From Anaerolineaceae bacterium UBA1415 (GTDB taxonomy: Bacteria > Chloroflexota > Anaerolineae > Anaerolineales > Anaerolineaceae), in contig DBPR01000029.1 of the NCBI GenBank assembly GCA_002305635.1, positions 53,281-117,280 on the forward strand: DNA of 64,000 bases, written 5' to 3'. A program made the position numbers and the translations under genes. Shown here one piece after another: positions 55,348-64,000 of this stretch. Below the pieces are notes generated by a model. The model did not search any database. It saw only the letters and a list, made by a program, of their open reading frames with translations, and was not told the DNA's origin. The stretch's first letter is position 1, and every line of letters starts with the position of its first letter.

Positions 55348-56310
55348 GTGGGCGAGTCGCAGCAGGACGTATTCGTCCAGCTCAACCCGAACTGGTGGGA
55401 CGGCGGCAAGGTGGTCAAGCCAGGCGAGACCTTTGAGCCGCGCCAGCTCGACACCCCGCTCGACGAAATGGTCCGCAAACAGGGCGGCAGACGTTCCCAG
55501 ACGATGTCCAGGACCAAACGCGGGCGCTACATCATGGCGCGCCCAGCCCCGCGCGACCGCAGCGACGTGGCTTTTGACGCCACACTGCGCGCCGCCGCGC
55601 CCTATCAGCGCCGCCGCAAAGCCCTGCGCGAGGAGCGCAAGGTCGCTTTTGCCATCCGTCCCGACGATTTTCAGAAAAAAGTGCGCGTGCGCAAGACCGC
55701 CAACCTGATCCTCTTTTTGGTTGATGGCTCCTGGTCGATGGCGGTCGCCGAGCGCATGCAGGCGACCAAGGCGGCGATCCTGTCGCTGCTGACCGACGCC
55801 TACCAGCGTCGCGATCGGGTCGGCCTGGTCGTCTTCCAGAAAGACCGCGCCACCCTGGTCCTGGCGCCGACCAATTCGGTCCTGCTGGCGCAGCGCGCGC
55901 TGGCGAGCATCCCGGTCGGCGGCAAGACGCCTCTCTCGGCTGGGCTGGAAATGGCATGGGAGGTCATCGCGCGTGAGAAGATCCTGCACCCGGATGTGCA
56001 GCCCCTGCTGATCGTCTTGACCGACGGCGCCGGCAACGTACCCCTCGTGCCCGGCAGACCTGTGGCGGAGGAGATCAAAGAGCTGGCGGGCATGTTCGCC
56101 AACGAGAAGATCCACAGCGTTGTGATCAACATGGAGCAGAAGGTCTTCGACAGTGGTCTGGCGCAGGGTCTGGCGGAAGATATGGGCGCGGTTTGTTATA
56201 CCGTTGATGATCTGAGGGGCGACACGCTTTACAAGACTGTCCAGAAAGAGATCCTCGCCCCCTCCGTCCCAACCTACCGCGAATTGGGCTACAGCTCGGC
56301 CGGGTTGTAG
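55348..56310 (+). CDS. von Willebrand factor A domain protein (ChlD C-terminal-like)
   Basis: MIDAS motif LVDGSWSM, ...VLTDGAGN. The GTG start has no obvious SD, and the frame is open 22 codons further upstream to 55282. Confidence 0.8.
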   Translation: MGESQQDVFVQLNPNWWDGGKVVKPGETFEPRQLDTPLDEMVRKQGGRRSQTMSRTKRGRYIMARPAPRDRSDVAFDATLRAAAPYQRRRKALREERKVAFAIRPDDFQKKVRVRKTANLILFLVDGSWSMAVAERMQATKAAILSLLTDAYQRRDRVGLVVFQKDRATLVLAPTNSVLLAQRALASIPVGGKTPLSAGLEMAWEVIAREKILHPDVQPLLIVLTDGAGNVPLVPGRPVAEEIKELAGMFANEKIHSVVINMEQKVFDSGLAQGLAEDMGAVCYTVDDLRGDTLYKTVQKEILAPSVPTYRELGYSSAGL

Positions 56311-56378
56311 TTTGATCTCAGACCTTCTCCCACCAAGGGTGATAAAATCAAGCCAAACTACCTTGTGGGAAAAGACTG

Positions 56379-57908
56379 ATGACAAGATCTGACAGCAAAA
56401 ACAGTCCCTGGTTTGCCATTCTGGCGCTTCTTTTCAGCCTGATCGTAAAACTTCCGATCGCGCCAAATTTTTATCCATATCCTGGGCGGGATTCAGGGGT
56501 TTTTGCCTATATTGGCTGGCGCATCCTCGAGGGCGAGCTGCCCTATGTCAATGTATGGGATCACAAGCCGCCCCTCGTTTTCTATATCAACGCGCTTGGT
56601 CTGAAAATGACCAACCTCTCCTTCTGGGGTGTCTGGATCATAGGAGTGATCTCGCTGGCCATCGCGGCATATTTCAGCCTGAAGCTGCTCTCAAGACTTT
56701 ACAAACCAAGCATTGCTGTCGCTGTTACCGTGGTTTGGTTGGCGTGTCTGCCGATCCTCTACGGGATCGGCAATTTGACCACCGAATACACCCTCCCACT
56801 TCAGTTTGCCAGCCTGTACGCTGCCTATCTGTGGCTGAGTGATGTTAAGAGACCCTTTTGGAAGTTCTTCCTGATCGGGGTTCTGGGCGGGATGGGGTTC
56901 ATGACCAAACAATCGAGCATTGGCGTTTGGGTCGCGATCGGCATGGCACTGGTGGCGCTGTTCTTCCATAAACCCGCGCGCAAAGACACTACGAAAAAAA
57001 TCCTTGGCATGGTCGCCGGGGTTTTCTTTTTCTGCGCATTGGTGGTTCTTTATTTTTACCTTGAAGATGGACTTAAGGCGTTTTTGAATCAGGCTTTCGC
57101 TTATAACTTTAAATATATCAGCCGTAGTAACGTGAGTGTTGTGCGACGGCTTATGAATCTGATCGACATGCGGGAAATGAAAACCATAACCGTATTTCAT
57201 CTTGGCGTAGTAGGAGGGTTTGCAGCATTGGCGCGCGTGTTCGGCAATAAAAAGGGAAAGGCTTTTGCGCCTGAGACCTTGTTCTATGGCCTGGTTGTGT
57301 TCGATCTTGTCCTGGAAGTGCTGTTAACGCACCTGCCCGATAACACCTATAAACACTATTACATGACCATGCTGCCATCTTTATCGATATTAACTGGCTT
57401 CCTGGCGTCAAGTTTGATCGATTCTCTGAACCATGATCTTGCAGGCAACAGAAAATGGTTGGAAAAGGCGTTTCTGTGCATGATGGCAGCTTTTGCCTGT
57501 ATTCCATTGTTATGGAAATGGTATGACAGTTTGCATGGTGTTACTCCAACCGTTAATGAAGGTGTGATCGAATTTGTTCAGTCCGAAACTGAACCGGAGG
57601 ATACGGTCTTGATCTGGGGTGCAGAAACGATGATAAATTATTACACCCAACGTGAGGCGCCAACCCGATACGTTTATCAGTATCCATTAATTCATGGCGA
57701 TTACGTAAACAAAGAGATGATCCTTGAGTTTCTAAATGACATTCAGGGAAAAGAACCCAAGTTTATTATCGACTCCAACAGACATGATATGCCCTTTATG
57801 ACCTTCCCGTTCAGCAATGAAGATATTGAGGAAGGGATCAACTGGATCACTGAAGAATATGAGCTGGTTGAGGATATCGAGGGTTGGATCGTTTATCAGA
57901 AGAAGTAG
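56379..57908 (+). CDS. GT-C fold glycosyltransferase (ArnT/PMT-like), paralog of 38244-39779
   Basis: Shares DSGVFAYIG, VWDHKPPL, GNLTTEYTLPLQF, TVLIWGAET and RYVYQYPL blocks with the other copy. Confidence 0.65.
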   Translation: MTRSDSKNSPWFAILALLFSLIVKLPIAPNFYPYPGRDSGVFAYIGWRILEGELPYVNVWDHKPPLVFYINALGLKMTNLSFWGVWIIGVISLAIAAYFSLKLLSRLYKPSIAVAVTVVWLACLPILYGIGNLTTEYTLPLQFASLYAAYLWLSDVKRPFWKFFLIGVLGGMGFMTKQSSIGVWVAIGMALVALFFHKPARKDTTKKILGMVAGVFFFCALVVLYFYLEDGLKAFLNQAFAYNFKYISRSNVSVVRRLMNLIDMREMKTITVFHLGVVGGFAALARVFGNKKGKAFAPETLFYGLVVFDLVLEVLLTHLPDNTYKHYYMTMLPSLSILTGFLASSLIDSLNHDLAGNRKWLEKAFLCMMAAFACIPLLWKWYDSLHGVTPTVNEGVIEFVQSETEPEDTVLIWGAETMINYYTQREAPTRYVYQYPLIHGDYVNKEMILEFLNDIQGKEPKFIIDSNRHDMPFMTFPFSNEDIEEGINWITEEYELVEDIEGWIVYQKK

Positions 57909-57989
57909 CCCGTTCCAACACCATCTCGAAGCTTGGTCTTAATTGAAAAACAGCCCGTATTAGCGAGCTGTTTTGACAGTAACAAACGT

Positions 57990-59183
57990 TTACAGAATTT
58001 TATTTCCCTTTCCGAGCATCTTGCCAACACGATCGAAGGCGTCGAGCGCCTGTTCGAGGTGATCCTGGCTGTGAGCGGCCGAGATCATGACGCGAATGCG
58101 GGCCTTGCCCCTGGGAACGGTCGGGAAGCCGAGCGCTCCGGCGAAGATGCCTTCATCCATGAGCTTGCGGCTGAATTCGCGCGCCAGTTGGACATCGCCA
58201 AGCATGACCGGAGTGATGGGGGTTTGGGTCGCGCCGGTATCAAAACCAAGCTTGCGCATTTCTTCCTGGAAGAAACGGGCGTTTGCCCATAATCGGTCAA
58301 CCAGTTCGGTGGATTCTTCGAGCAGATCGACCGAGGCCAGGCAAGCAGCCACATCCGGGACGGTGACGGCTGAGCTGAAGAGGAAGGGTCGCCCGCGTTG
58401 GCGCAGCCATTCGATGATCTTTGCGTTGCCGGCAACCACGCCGCCGACCACGCCAAAAGCCTTGCTGAAAGTGCCAACTTCGACGTCAACCTGACCGTGA
58501 AGCTTGAAGTGGTCAACGATACCGCGACCGCCCTCGCCCAAAACGCCTTCGCCGTGAGCGTCATCGACCATGGTCATGACGTTGTATTTTTTAGAAACCT
58601 CGACCAATTTGTCGAGCGGGGCATAATCGCCATCCATCGAGAAAACGCCGTCCGTGATCATGAGGCCGCGGCGATAAGTTCCCTGAGCTTCTTTGACCAC
58701 GCGCTCGAAATCAGCCACATCGGCATGGGCGAATCGATGAATTTTCGCGCCGGAGAGGCGTGAGCCATCGATAATGGAAGCGTGGTTGAGTTCGTCCGAG
58801 AAAATCGCATCTTCCTTGCCAACCAAAGCCGGGATCGTCGCGCCGTTGGCGGTGAAACCGGATTGGAAGGTGATGGCGGCTTCCACCCGTTTGAAAGCGG
58901 CCATGCGCTTTTCGAGCTCGACATGCAGGCTAAGCGTCCCGGCGATGGAGCGCACCGCGGCGGGGCCCACGCCGTATTTTTGCATTGCTTCGGTGGCGGC
59001 TTTGACAATATGGGGGTGGTTGGCAAGCCCCAGATAATTGTTGGAGCAGAAGTTGAGCACTTGTTTGCCGTTGATGATCACCGATGGCCCCTGAGGAGAG
59101 TCCATCATGGGAATGGTGTTGTAAAAACCAGTGTCTTTGAGGTTTTGGAGTTCTTCGTCAATCCAGGCTAATTTGTGTGTCAT
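57990..59183 (-). CDS. kbl: Glycine C-acetyltransferase (2-amino-3-ketobutyrate CoA ligase)
   Basis: [14 protein letters not shown] and a PLP-lysine block TFSKAFG. The 397-aa length fits the family. Confidence 0.8.
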   Translation of the reverse strand: MTHKLAWIDEELQNLKDTGFYNTIPMMDSPQGPSVIINGKQVLNFCSNNYLGLANHPHIVKAATEAMQKYGVGPAAVRSIAGTLSLHVELEKRMAAFKRVEAAITFQSGFTANGATIPALVGKEDAIFSDELNHASIIDGSRLSGAKIHRFAHADVADFERVVKEAQGTYRRGLMITDGVFSMDGDYAPLDKLVEVSKKYNVMTMVDDAHGEGVLGEGGRGIVDHFKLHGQVDVEVGTFSKAFGVVGGVVAGNAKIIEWLRQRGRPFLFSSAVTVPDVAACLASVDLLEESTELVDRLWANARFFQEEMRKLGFDTGATQTPITPVMLGDVQLAREFSRKLMDEGIFAGALGFPTVPRGKARIRVMISAAHSQDHLEQALDAFDRVGKMLGKGNKIL

Positions 59184-59313
59184 AGTTCTCCTTTTTCTTA
59201 ATTGGTCCTGACTATCTGATTATACTCGTCTGAGCCACAAAATATTGAAACAGATGATATATTTAAACATTCCTGGCCCAAACCAGAGTTGGATTGACAG
59301 ATTTGGAGAGACC

Positions 59314-60048
59314 ATGCTTGTAATCAGAGCGAAAAACTACGAAGAATTAAGTCGGAAGGCGGCAAAATATATCGCCAATCAGGTGGAGCTAAAGCCAAAC
59401 AGTGTTTTGGGACTCGCGACCGGTTCCACCCCTGTAGGGACTTATAAGGAATTAATTCGTTATTGCCAGGAAGAAGGCCTGAGTTTCAGGAAAATTCGTA
59501 CGGTCAATCTGGATGAATACTACGGCTTGCGCCCGGATCACGAGCAGAGCTACCGGCATTTTATGGACCACAATTTGTTTGACCATATCGACATTCTCAA
59601 GGAGAACACGCATGTACCGGACGGCCTGACCCAGGATCCATGCGCGTTTGGGGAAGCCTATGACGAAATGATCTCCGTTTTAGGTGGCATCGATCTGCAG
59701 TTGTTGGGGATCGGCAGCAATGGCCATATTGCCTTTAATGAACCGAACCAGCACTTTGTCGCCCCGACGCATCTGGTAAAACTCAGCGAGAACACGCTTG
59801 AAGACAACGCGCGCTTTTTTGACTCGATCGATGAGGTGCCTCCTCAGGCTATTACGATGGGGATGCGTTCGATCATGCGGGCAAGGCGAATATTGATCCT
59901 GGCGAGCGGTGTCAACAAAGCCGAAGCGGTCAAGGGGATGCTGGAAGGCGAAATTGACCCGATGCTGCCAGCTTCGATCCTGCAATTGCACCCCGATGTC
60001 GTCCTGATCGCCGACAATGAGGCGCTTTCTCTCTGTGCTCTGGAATAG
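59314..60048 (+). CDS. nagB: Glucosamine-6-phosphate deaminase
   Basis: LGLATGSTP, NLDEY, LLGIGSNGHIAFNEP. I chose the start at 59314 (MLVIRAK) with GGAGAG upstream. Confidence 0.85.
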   Translation: MLVIRAKNYEELSRKAAKYIANQVELKPNSVLGLATGSTPVGTYKELIRYCQEEGLSFRKIRTVNLDEYYGLRPDHEQSYRHFMDHNLFDHIDILKENTHVPDGLTQDPCAFGEAYDEMISVLGGIDLQLLGIGSNGHIAFNEPNQHFVAPTHLVKLSENTLEDNARFFDSIDEVPPQAITMGMRSIMRARRILILASGVNKAEAVKGMLEGEIDPMLPASILQLHPDVVLIADNEALSLCALE

Positions 60049-60063
60049 ATCTTCTTACAAGAT

Positions 60064-60912
60064 CTAAAGGTCGCGGGCGCTGCAAAAAGCCAGCGCTTTC
60101 GGGCCGGTATGAATACCGATGACCGGTCCGGTGCTGCTCACTATCAATTCCACCGGTTTGGCAATTTTAAGGATCTTTTCTTTTAACTCCATGGCATGTT
60201 CATGCGCGTTGGCATGCATGATCGCCAGGCGGTGATTCTGAAGATCGGGTACAAGCTTCAGGAAGGTTGAAACCAAACCTTCTTTGAGTGAATTATAAGT
60301 CCGGCGCAAGCTAATCGGCTCGATCTTGCCTTGTTGGGTGGTGATGGCAACCAGCGGTTTGACCGGAAAAGCATTATTCAGGAGTCGGAAGAGGTGAGCA
60401 AGACGCCCTCCACGGGTTGCCCAGACAAAACTATCCAAACCGGCTAAAAAGACCGCTGACTTGCGAACCTCGTCAATTTTTCGCAGGACTTCATCAATGG
60501 ACTTTCCCAGCGCGGCCAGGCGGGCGCCTGCCAAAAGCTGCCAACCGGCTGTCATGCTTATGCTGCAGGAGTTGACAACATGAATGGGGATGTCGAAATC
60601 TCGGGCGGCCTGTTGGGCGGTCGAGTTGATGGCGCTAAAGGCGGCGCTGACGGTCATGCAGACGATCTGGGTGGCGCCATCTCGTATGGCCTGATCGAAC
60701 GCCATGCCGAATTCGGCAATACTTGGTGTGGAAGAAGTTGGAATGACCGGGTCGGATTGTATTCGCCGGAAAAATTCTTCGGGCTGTATGTCGACGCGGT
60801 CGGCGTATTGTTGGTCTCCCCAGATAACGTGAGTGGGAACGGAGCGAATATCAAACTCCTGCATCAGTTCAGCAGGGATATCCGCGCTGCTATCGGTAAT
60901 AAATTTGATCAT
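60064..60912 (-). CDS. DegV-family fatty-acid-binding protein
   Basis: MIKFITDSSADIP N-terminus typical of DegV. I chose the start at 60912. Confidence 0.8.
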   Translation of the reverse strand: MIKFITDSSADIPAELMQEFDIRSVPTHVIWGDQQYADRVDIQPEEFFRRIQSDPVIPTSSTPSIAEFGMAFDQAIRDGATQIVCMTVSAAFSAINSTAQQAARDFDIPIHVVNSCSISMTAGWQLLAGARLAALGKSIDEVLRKIDEVRKSAVFLAGLDSFVWATRGGRLAHLFRLLNNAFPVKPLVAITTQQGKIEPISLRRTYNSLKEGLVSTFLKLVPDLQNHRLAIMHANAHEHAMELKEKILKIAKPVELIVSSTGPVIGIHTGPKALAFCSARDL

Positions 60913-61085
60913 GAGTGTCATCCTTCCAAATGTAAAAACACCTTGCAACCAAGAAGTTTCGATTCTATAGATGGCTGTCAAAAAAATGTGACCTTTGTCA
61001 TACTGTCAAATTGGCTTTTGGATATTTGCCCAAAAGAAGCTTTTGCATGGTACCCAGATGATATAATTTTCTCAGAGTCTGCTCC

Positions 61086-62273
61086 ATGAACGAGACAAAG
61101 CGAATCCAAACCCTTTTCAAACTGTACTTTTTCCTGATCTTTGGCGCGCTTGGGACGCTTGTCAACTATGCCCCTCTCTATTTCAAACAGATCAACTTCT
61201 CCGGGACGCAGATCAGCACCATCCTTGTTTTGGGCTCGGTCATGCTGATCCTGATCGCCCCAAAATACGGTCTGATTTTCGACACTGCCAAAAACAAACG
61301 CAATGTTCTGCTGGTTTCGATCCTTGTGATGGCTGCCTCGCTGGGGACGATCGGATATTTCAAAGCGTTCATACCCATTCTGATCCTGTGGGTCATCTAC
61401 CGGATTGTCAACGGGCCGCTCTATTCCATTTCAGAAAACCTTTCCTATGGGGTAATAACGACCCAAAACAACAGTTTTGGCGGAATTCGACTCTGGGGCT
61501 CAATAGGATTCGCAGTCGCGGCGTGGATCGGCGGGTGGACCTACCAACTTTATGGCTTGCAGGCCAACAATCTGCTCTTTTTTACTCTGATGGGTCTAAG
61601 CGCCCTGGTCTTGCTGCGGATGCCCGCGAGCGTCTTTGAGATCGAAAAAGATGCAGGGACGCGCGATCTTTCCCTGCGCGAAGTGTTCAAACTGATCGTG
61701 GACAACCGCTTTTTGCTGCTGATGGCGCTCGCGCTGGCCCTTTCTGATCCGGTGCAGGATGGCGTGCGTTCTTTTGAAAATATTTATCTCGAAAACCTTG
61801 GCGTTCAGGCGGGAATGATCGGGTTGGCGAACATGCTCAGCGCCCTGACAGAAGTGCCTTTCATGAGCTATGCCGATCGGGTCATCCATAAATTCGGCAT
61901 TCGGCGGATCATCCTCTTCGTCTTTGTTTTTGATATTCTCAGGCGTCTATCAGTTTGGTTCTTCCCGTCTGCAGGGATGGTCTTTACTACCAGCGTAATG
62001 AATTCGATCAGTTTTACTTTTCGCCTGGTTTGTTCGATCACTCTGGTCAATCTTTGTCTGCCCAAACAGGTCACCAGCGCGGCAAATGCATTTGTTGGCG
62101 TGACGCTATTCAGCCTGGGCTATGTCATCAGCAACGCGCTTGGCGGGCTGATCTATGATAGCTGGGGCAACCGACCCATCTATCTGATGGGCGCGGCTTT
62201 TAGCTTGCTCTCCCTGATGCTCGCCTTGAGCGCGGGTGAGCTGCAATTGGCGGAAAAAAAACAGGCAAATTGA
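61086..62273 (+). CDS. MFS transporter
   Basis: 12-TM profile, 395 aa. Confidence 0.7.
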   Translation: MNETKRIQTLFKLYFFLIFGALGTLVNYAPLYFKQINFSGTQISTILVLGSVMLILIAPKYGLIFDTAKNKRNVLLVSILVMAASLGTIGYFKAFIPILILWVIYRIVNGPLYSISENLSYGVITTQNNSFGGIRLWGSIGFAVAAWIGGWTYQLYGLQANNLLFFTLMGLSALVLLRMPASVFEIEKDAGTRDLSLREVFKLIVDNRFLLLMALALALSDPVQDGVRSFENIYLENLGVQAGMIGLANMLSALTEVPFMSYADRVIHKFGIRRIILFVFVFDILRRLSVWFFPSAGMVFTTSVMNSISFTFRLVCSITLVNLCLPKQVTSAANAFVGVTLFSLGYVISNALGGLIYDSWGNRPIYLMGAAFSLLSLMLALSAGELQLAEKKQAN

Positions 62274-62376
62274 AAATGGCTGTCGCTCATGGCATTTGTG
62301 TTGTGTCAAATAATGGTAAAAAACGCACGATGTAGGTATAATTAACTGAATTAATTGGCCATTAACGGAGGATTCA

Positions 62377-63513
62377 ATGAAAGCAACCGTTCAGCAACAA
62401 CAACTCGCCCATGGTGTTAGCACCGTTTCCCGCGCAGTAACTTCCCGCAGCTCTTTGGCTGTGCTCTCTAACATCCTGATCAAGACCGATAACGGGCGTT
62501 TGCGCCTTTCGGCAACCAATCTTGAGTTGGGGATCAGCGCCTGGATCGGCGCAAAAGTTGAAGAAGAAGGCGCGATCACGGTGCCTTCCAGAACTTTTGT
62601 GGACCTTGTCAGCAATTTGCCCAACGAAGAAGTGACCCTGATCGTGGACGAACGCACGCAAAGCCTGAACGTGAAATGCGGCACCTTGAATACCGATATT
62701 AAAGGCATCAGCGCCGAAGAGTTCCCGCCCATGCCGTCTCCTGATCTTGAGGACGCGATTACCCTGAATGTTGAAAACTTCAAAGAGCAAATCCAACAGG
62801 TTGCTTTCGCGGCCTCAACTGACGACGCCCGACCGAACCTGACAGGCGTTCAAATGATGTTTGAGGGTAATAAGCTGGAAATGGCTGCCACGGATGGGTA
62901 TCGGATCTCCATTGCCAAAACTGAAATGGCTCAGAAGGTGCCTCAGGACTTTAAGGCTTTGGTGCCAGCCCGCGCGCTATCGGAATTGAGCAGGATTGCC
63001 GTTGATAATAACGATGCCCTGATGATGGCTTTCCCCTCCGGCCGCGGTCAGGTGATCTTCCATACCAGGGACGCCGAATTGGTGTCCCAGCTGATCGAAG
63101 GCACCTTCCCCAATTATGCTGCTATCATTCCTCCTTCCTTTAAAACGCGTACGGTGCTTTCAACCGCTCAGCTGCTGAAGGCCTGCAAACAAACTGAAAT
63201 TATTGCCCGTGAAGGCAGTTATATCGCCAGGTTTGACATTCAGCCAGAAGCCGAGGGCGACCGAGGCTCCATGCTGGAGATCTCAGCCCATTCGGAGCAG
63301 ACCGGTTCTTCCGAGGTTGTGGTGGACGCTTCCATAGATGGTGTGCCTTTGTTGATCTCTTTCAACATCAAACTTTTCCGTGAGGCTCTGGAAGTGATCA
63401 AGAGCCCGAATGTGATTTTTGAGACCAACGCGGCTCATACCCTGGGCATGCTGCACGGCGTTGGAGATGAGAAGTTTGTCCACATCATCATGCCGATCAA
63501 TACAGCAAGATAG
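62377..63513 (+). CDS. dnaN: DNA polymerase III beta sliding clamp
   Basis: MKATVQQQQLAHGVSTVSRAV...LSNILIKT...LRLSATNLELGI. The 378-aa length fits the family. Confidence 0.9.
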   Translation: MKATVQQQQLAHGVSTVSRAVTSRSSLAVLSNILIKTDNGRLRLSATNLELGISAWIGAKVEEEGAITVPSRTFVDLVSNLPNEEVTLIVDERTQSLNVKCGTLNTDIKGISAEEFPPMPSPDLEDAITLNVENFKEQIQQVAFAASTDDARPNLTGVQMMFEGNKLEMAATDGYRISIAKTEMAQKVPQDFKALVPARALSELSRIAVDNNDALMMAFPSGRGQVIFHTRDAELVSQLIEGTFPNYAAIIPPSFKTRTVLSTAQLLKACKQTEIIAREGSYIARFDIQPEAEGDRGSMLEISAHSEQTGSSEVVVDASIDGVPLLISFNIKLFREALEVIKSPNVIFETNAAHTLGMLHGVGDEKFVHIIMPINTAR

Positions 63514-63533
63514 GCTAAATTAAGTTAATGAAA

Positions 63534-63565
63534 ACACACCCCGCAAAACGGGGTGTGTTTGTTTT
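63534..63565 (+). terminator. Intrinsic terminator after dnaN
   Basis: ACACACCCC-gcaaaac-GGGGTGTGT followed by TTGTTTT. Confidence 0.8.
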
Positions 63566-63616
63566 ATCAGCAGCCTGATCGTTTGCTTCCTGCGATAGGC
63601 TATGCTAAAGAAAGCC

Positions 63617-64000
63617 TTATGAATAACGCTGGATCAGTTGCACGAATGTGTTGATCACGGACTGGAGGAACTGGAGCGTATCCTGATTGGTGATCTTGCC
63701 GTCTTCGCCGAGCAGTTTGTTGAAACCTGCGATGTAGGCTTCGGGCTGCCCTACCAGGGGCATGTTCAGGAATGATAAAACCTGGCGCAGGTGATTACTG
63801 GCCAAAGCCCCGGAAAGGTTGCCGGGAGATTGGCTGACGACCAAGGCGGGTTTACCGTTCCAGACTGACTGTCCGTAAGGGCGGGAGCCGATATCCAGCG
63901 CGTTTTTCAAGGCCGCGGGGAAGGAGCGGTTGTGCTCGGGGGTAACAAACAAGACAGCATCGGCAGAGCGAATCTGATCCCGAAAAGCGGTGTACTGGTC
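63617..64000 (-). CDS. NAD(P)H-dependent FMN reductase family protein, C-terminal part (N-terminus beyond the window end)
   Basis: The frame is open to position 64000. It reads ...DQYTAFRDQIRSADAVLFVTPEHNRSFPAALKNALD..., a flavodoxin-like NADPH-FMN reductase signature. Confidence 0.7.
   Translation of the reverse strand, partial: DQYTAFRDQIRSADAVLFVTPEHNRSFPAALKNALDIGSRPYGQSVWNGKPALVVSQSPGNLSGALASNHLRQVLSFLNMPLVGQPEAYIAGFNKLLGEDGKITNQDTLQFLQSVINTFVQLIQRYS

Noticed and set aside
54179-56310. Bacteriochlorophyll/chlorophyll magnesium chelatase operon
   Set aside because: There is no H subunit and no other photosynthesis or tetrapyrrole gene in the window. I kept only the family-level ChlI-like/VWA call.
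54149-56385. Two long minus-strand ORFs (54149-55264, 371 aa; 55306-56385, 359 aa) antisense to the ChlI-like and VWA genes
   Set aside because: Their translations are low-complexity and Gly/Ala/Asp/Arg-rich with no motifs. The plus-strand ORFs carry clear AAA+ and MIDAS signatures. These are typical shadow ORFs of GC-rich coding DNA.
62274-62376. Replication origin next to dnaN
   Set aside because: No dnaA gene is adjacent, and I found no TTATCCACA-type DnaA-box cluster in the upstream gap. dnaN appears to be displaced from oriC here.

Overview
About 64 kb of a moderately GC-rich bacterial chromosome. The gene content (archaeal-type thiolase/HMG-CoA synthase plus class II HMG-CoA reductase, an R3H/AAA ATPase next to tmk, tsaE-tsaB-rimI) and many GTAGG-headed hairpin repeats fit a Chloroflexota/Anaerolineae-like organism, but that is inference only. 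Most of the window is ordinary housekeeping. It includes rnj (partial), lipid acyltransferases, a zur-znuACB zinc operon, a GH29 fucosidase, slyD, pepT, PPK2, tmk, the mevalonate genes, trxB, a GH13 enzyme, a TetR/ABC-2 exporter pair, pdxST, tsaEB-rimI, a family-4 UDG, sugar-nucleotide enzymes, kbl, nagB, degV and dnaN. Two accessory patches stand out. (1) 33.9-37.3 kb is AT-rich and holds a decayed IS1634-like element and orphan genes. (2) 45.3-54.1 kb is the main item. It is cluttered with repeats and contains a DsrE-like gene with three TGACC-N4-GGTCA palindromes upstream and a ~170-bp tandem repeat. It then has a 1130-aa Type IIG restriction-modification fusion, followed 18 nt later by a 1146-aa SIR2-domain (DSR-like) protein. 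I flag this two-gene cassette as the best candidate for an undescribed defence system. The RM gene carries an in-frame ~140-codon insertion made of the same repeat elements found between genes. It also shows a sharp GC drop in its last ~780 nt that continues through the SIR2 gene. Immediately downstream is a ChlI-like AAA+ ATPase and a VWA protein. Their frames are linked by an A9 run, so a -1 slip would give a ChlD-like fusion. All calls come from reading the supplied translations and the sequence. No database search was possible.
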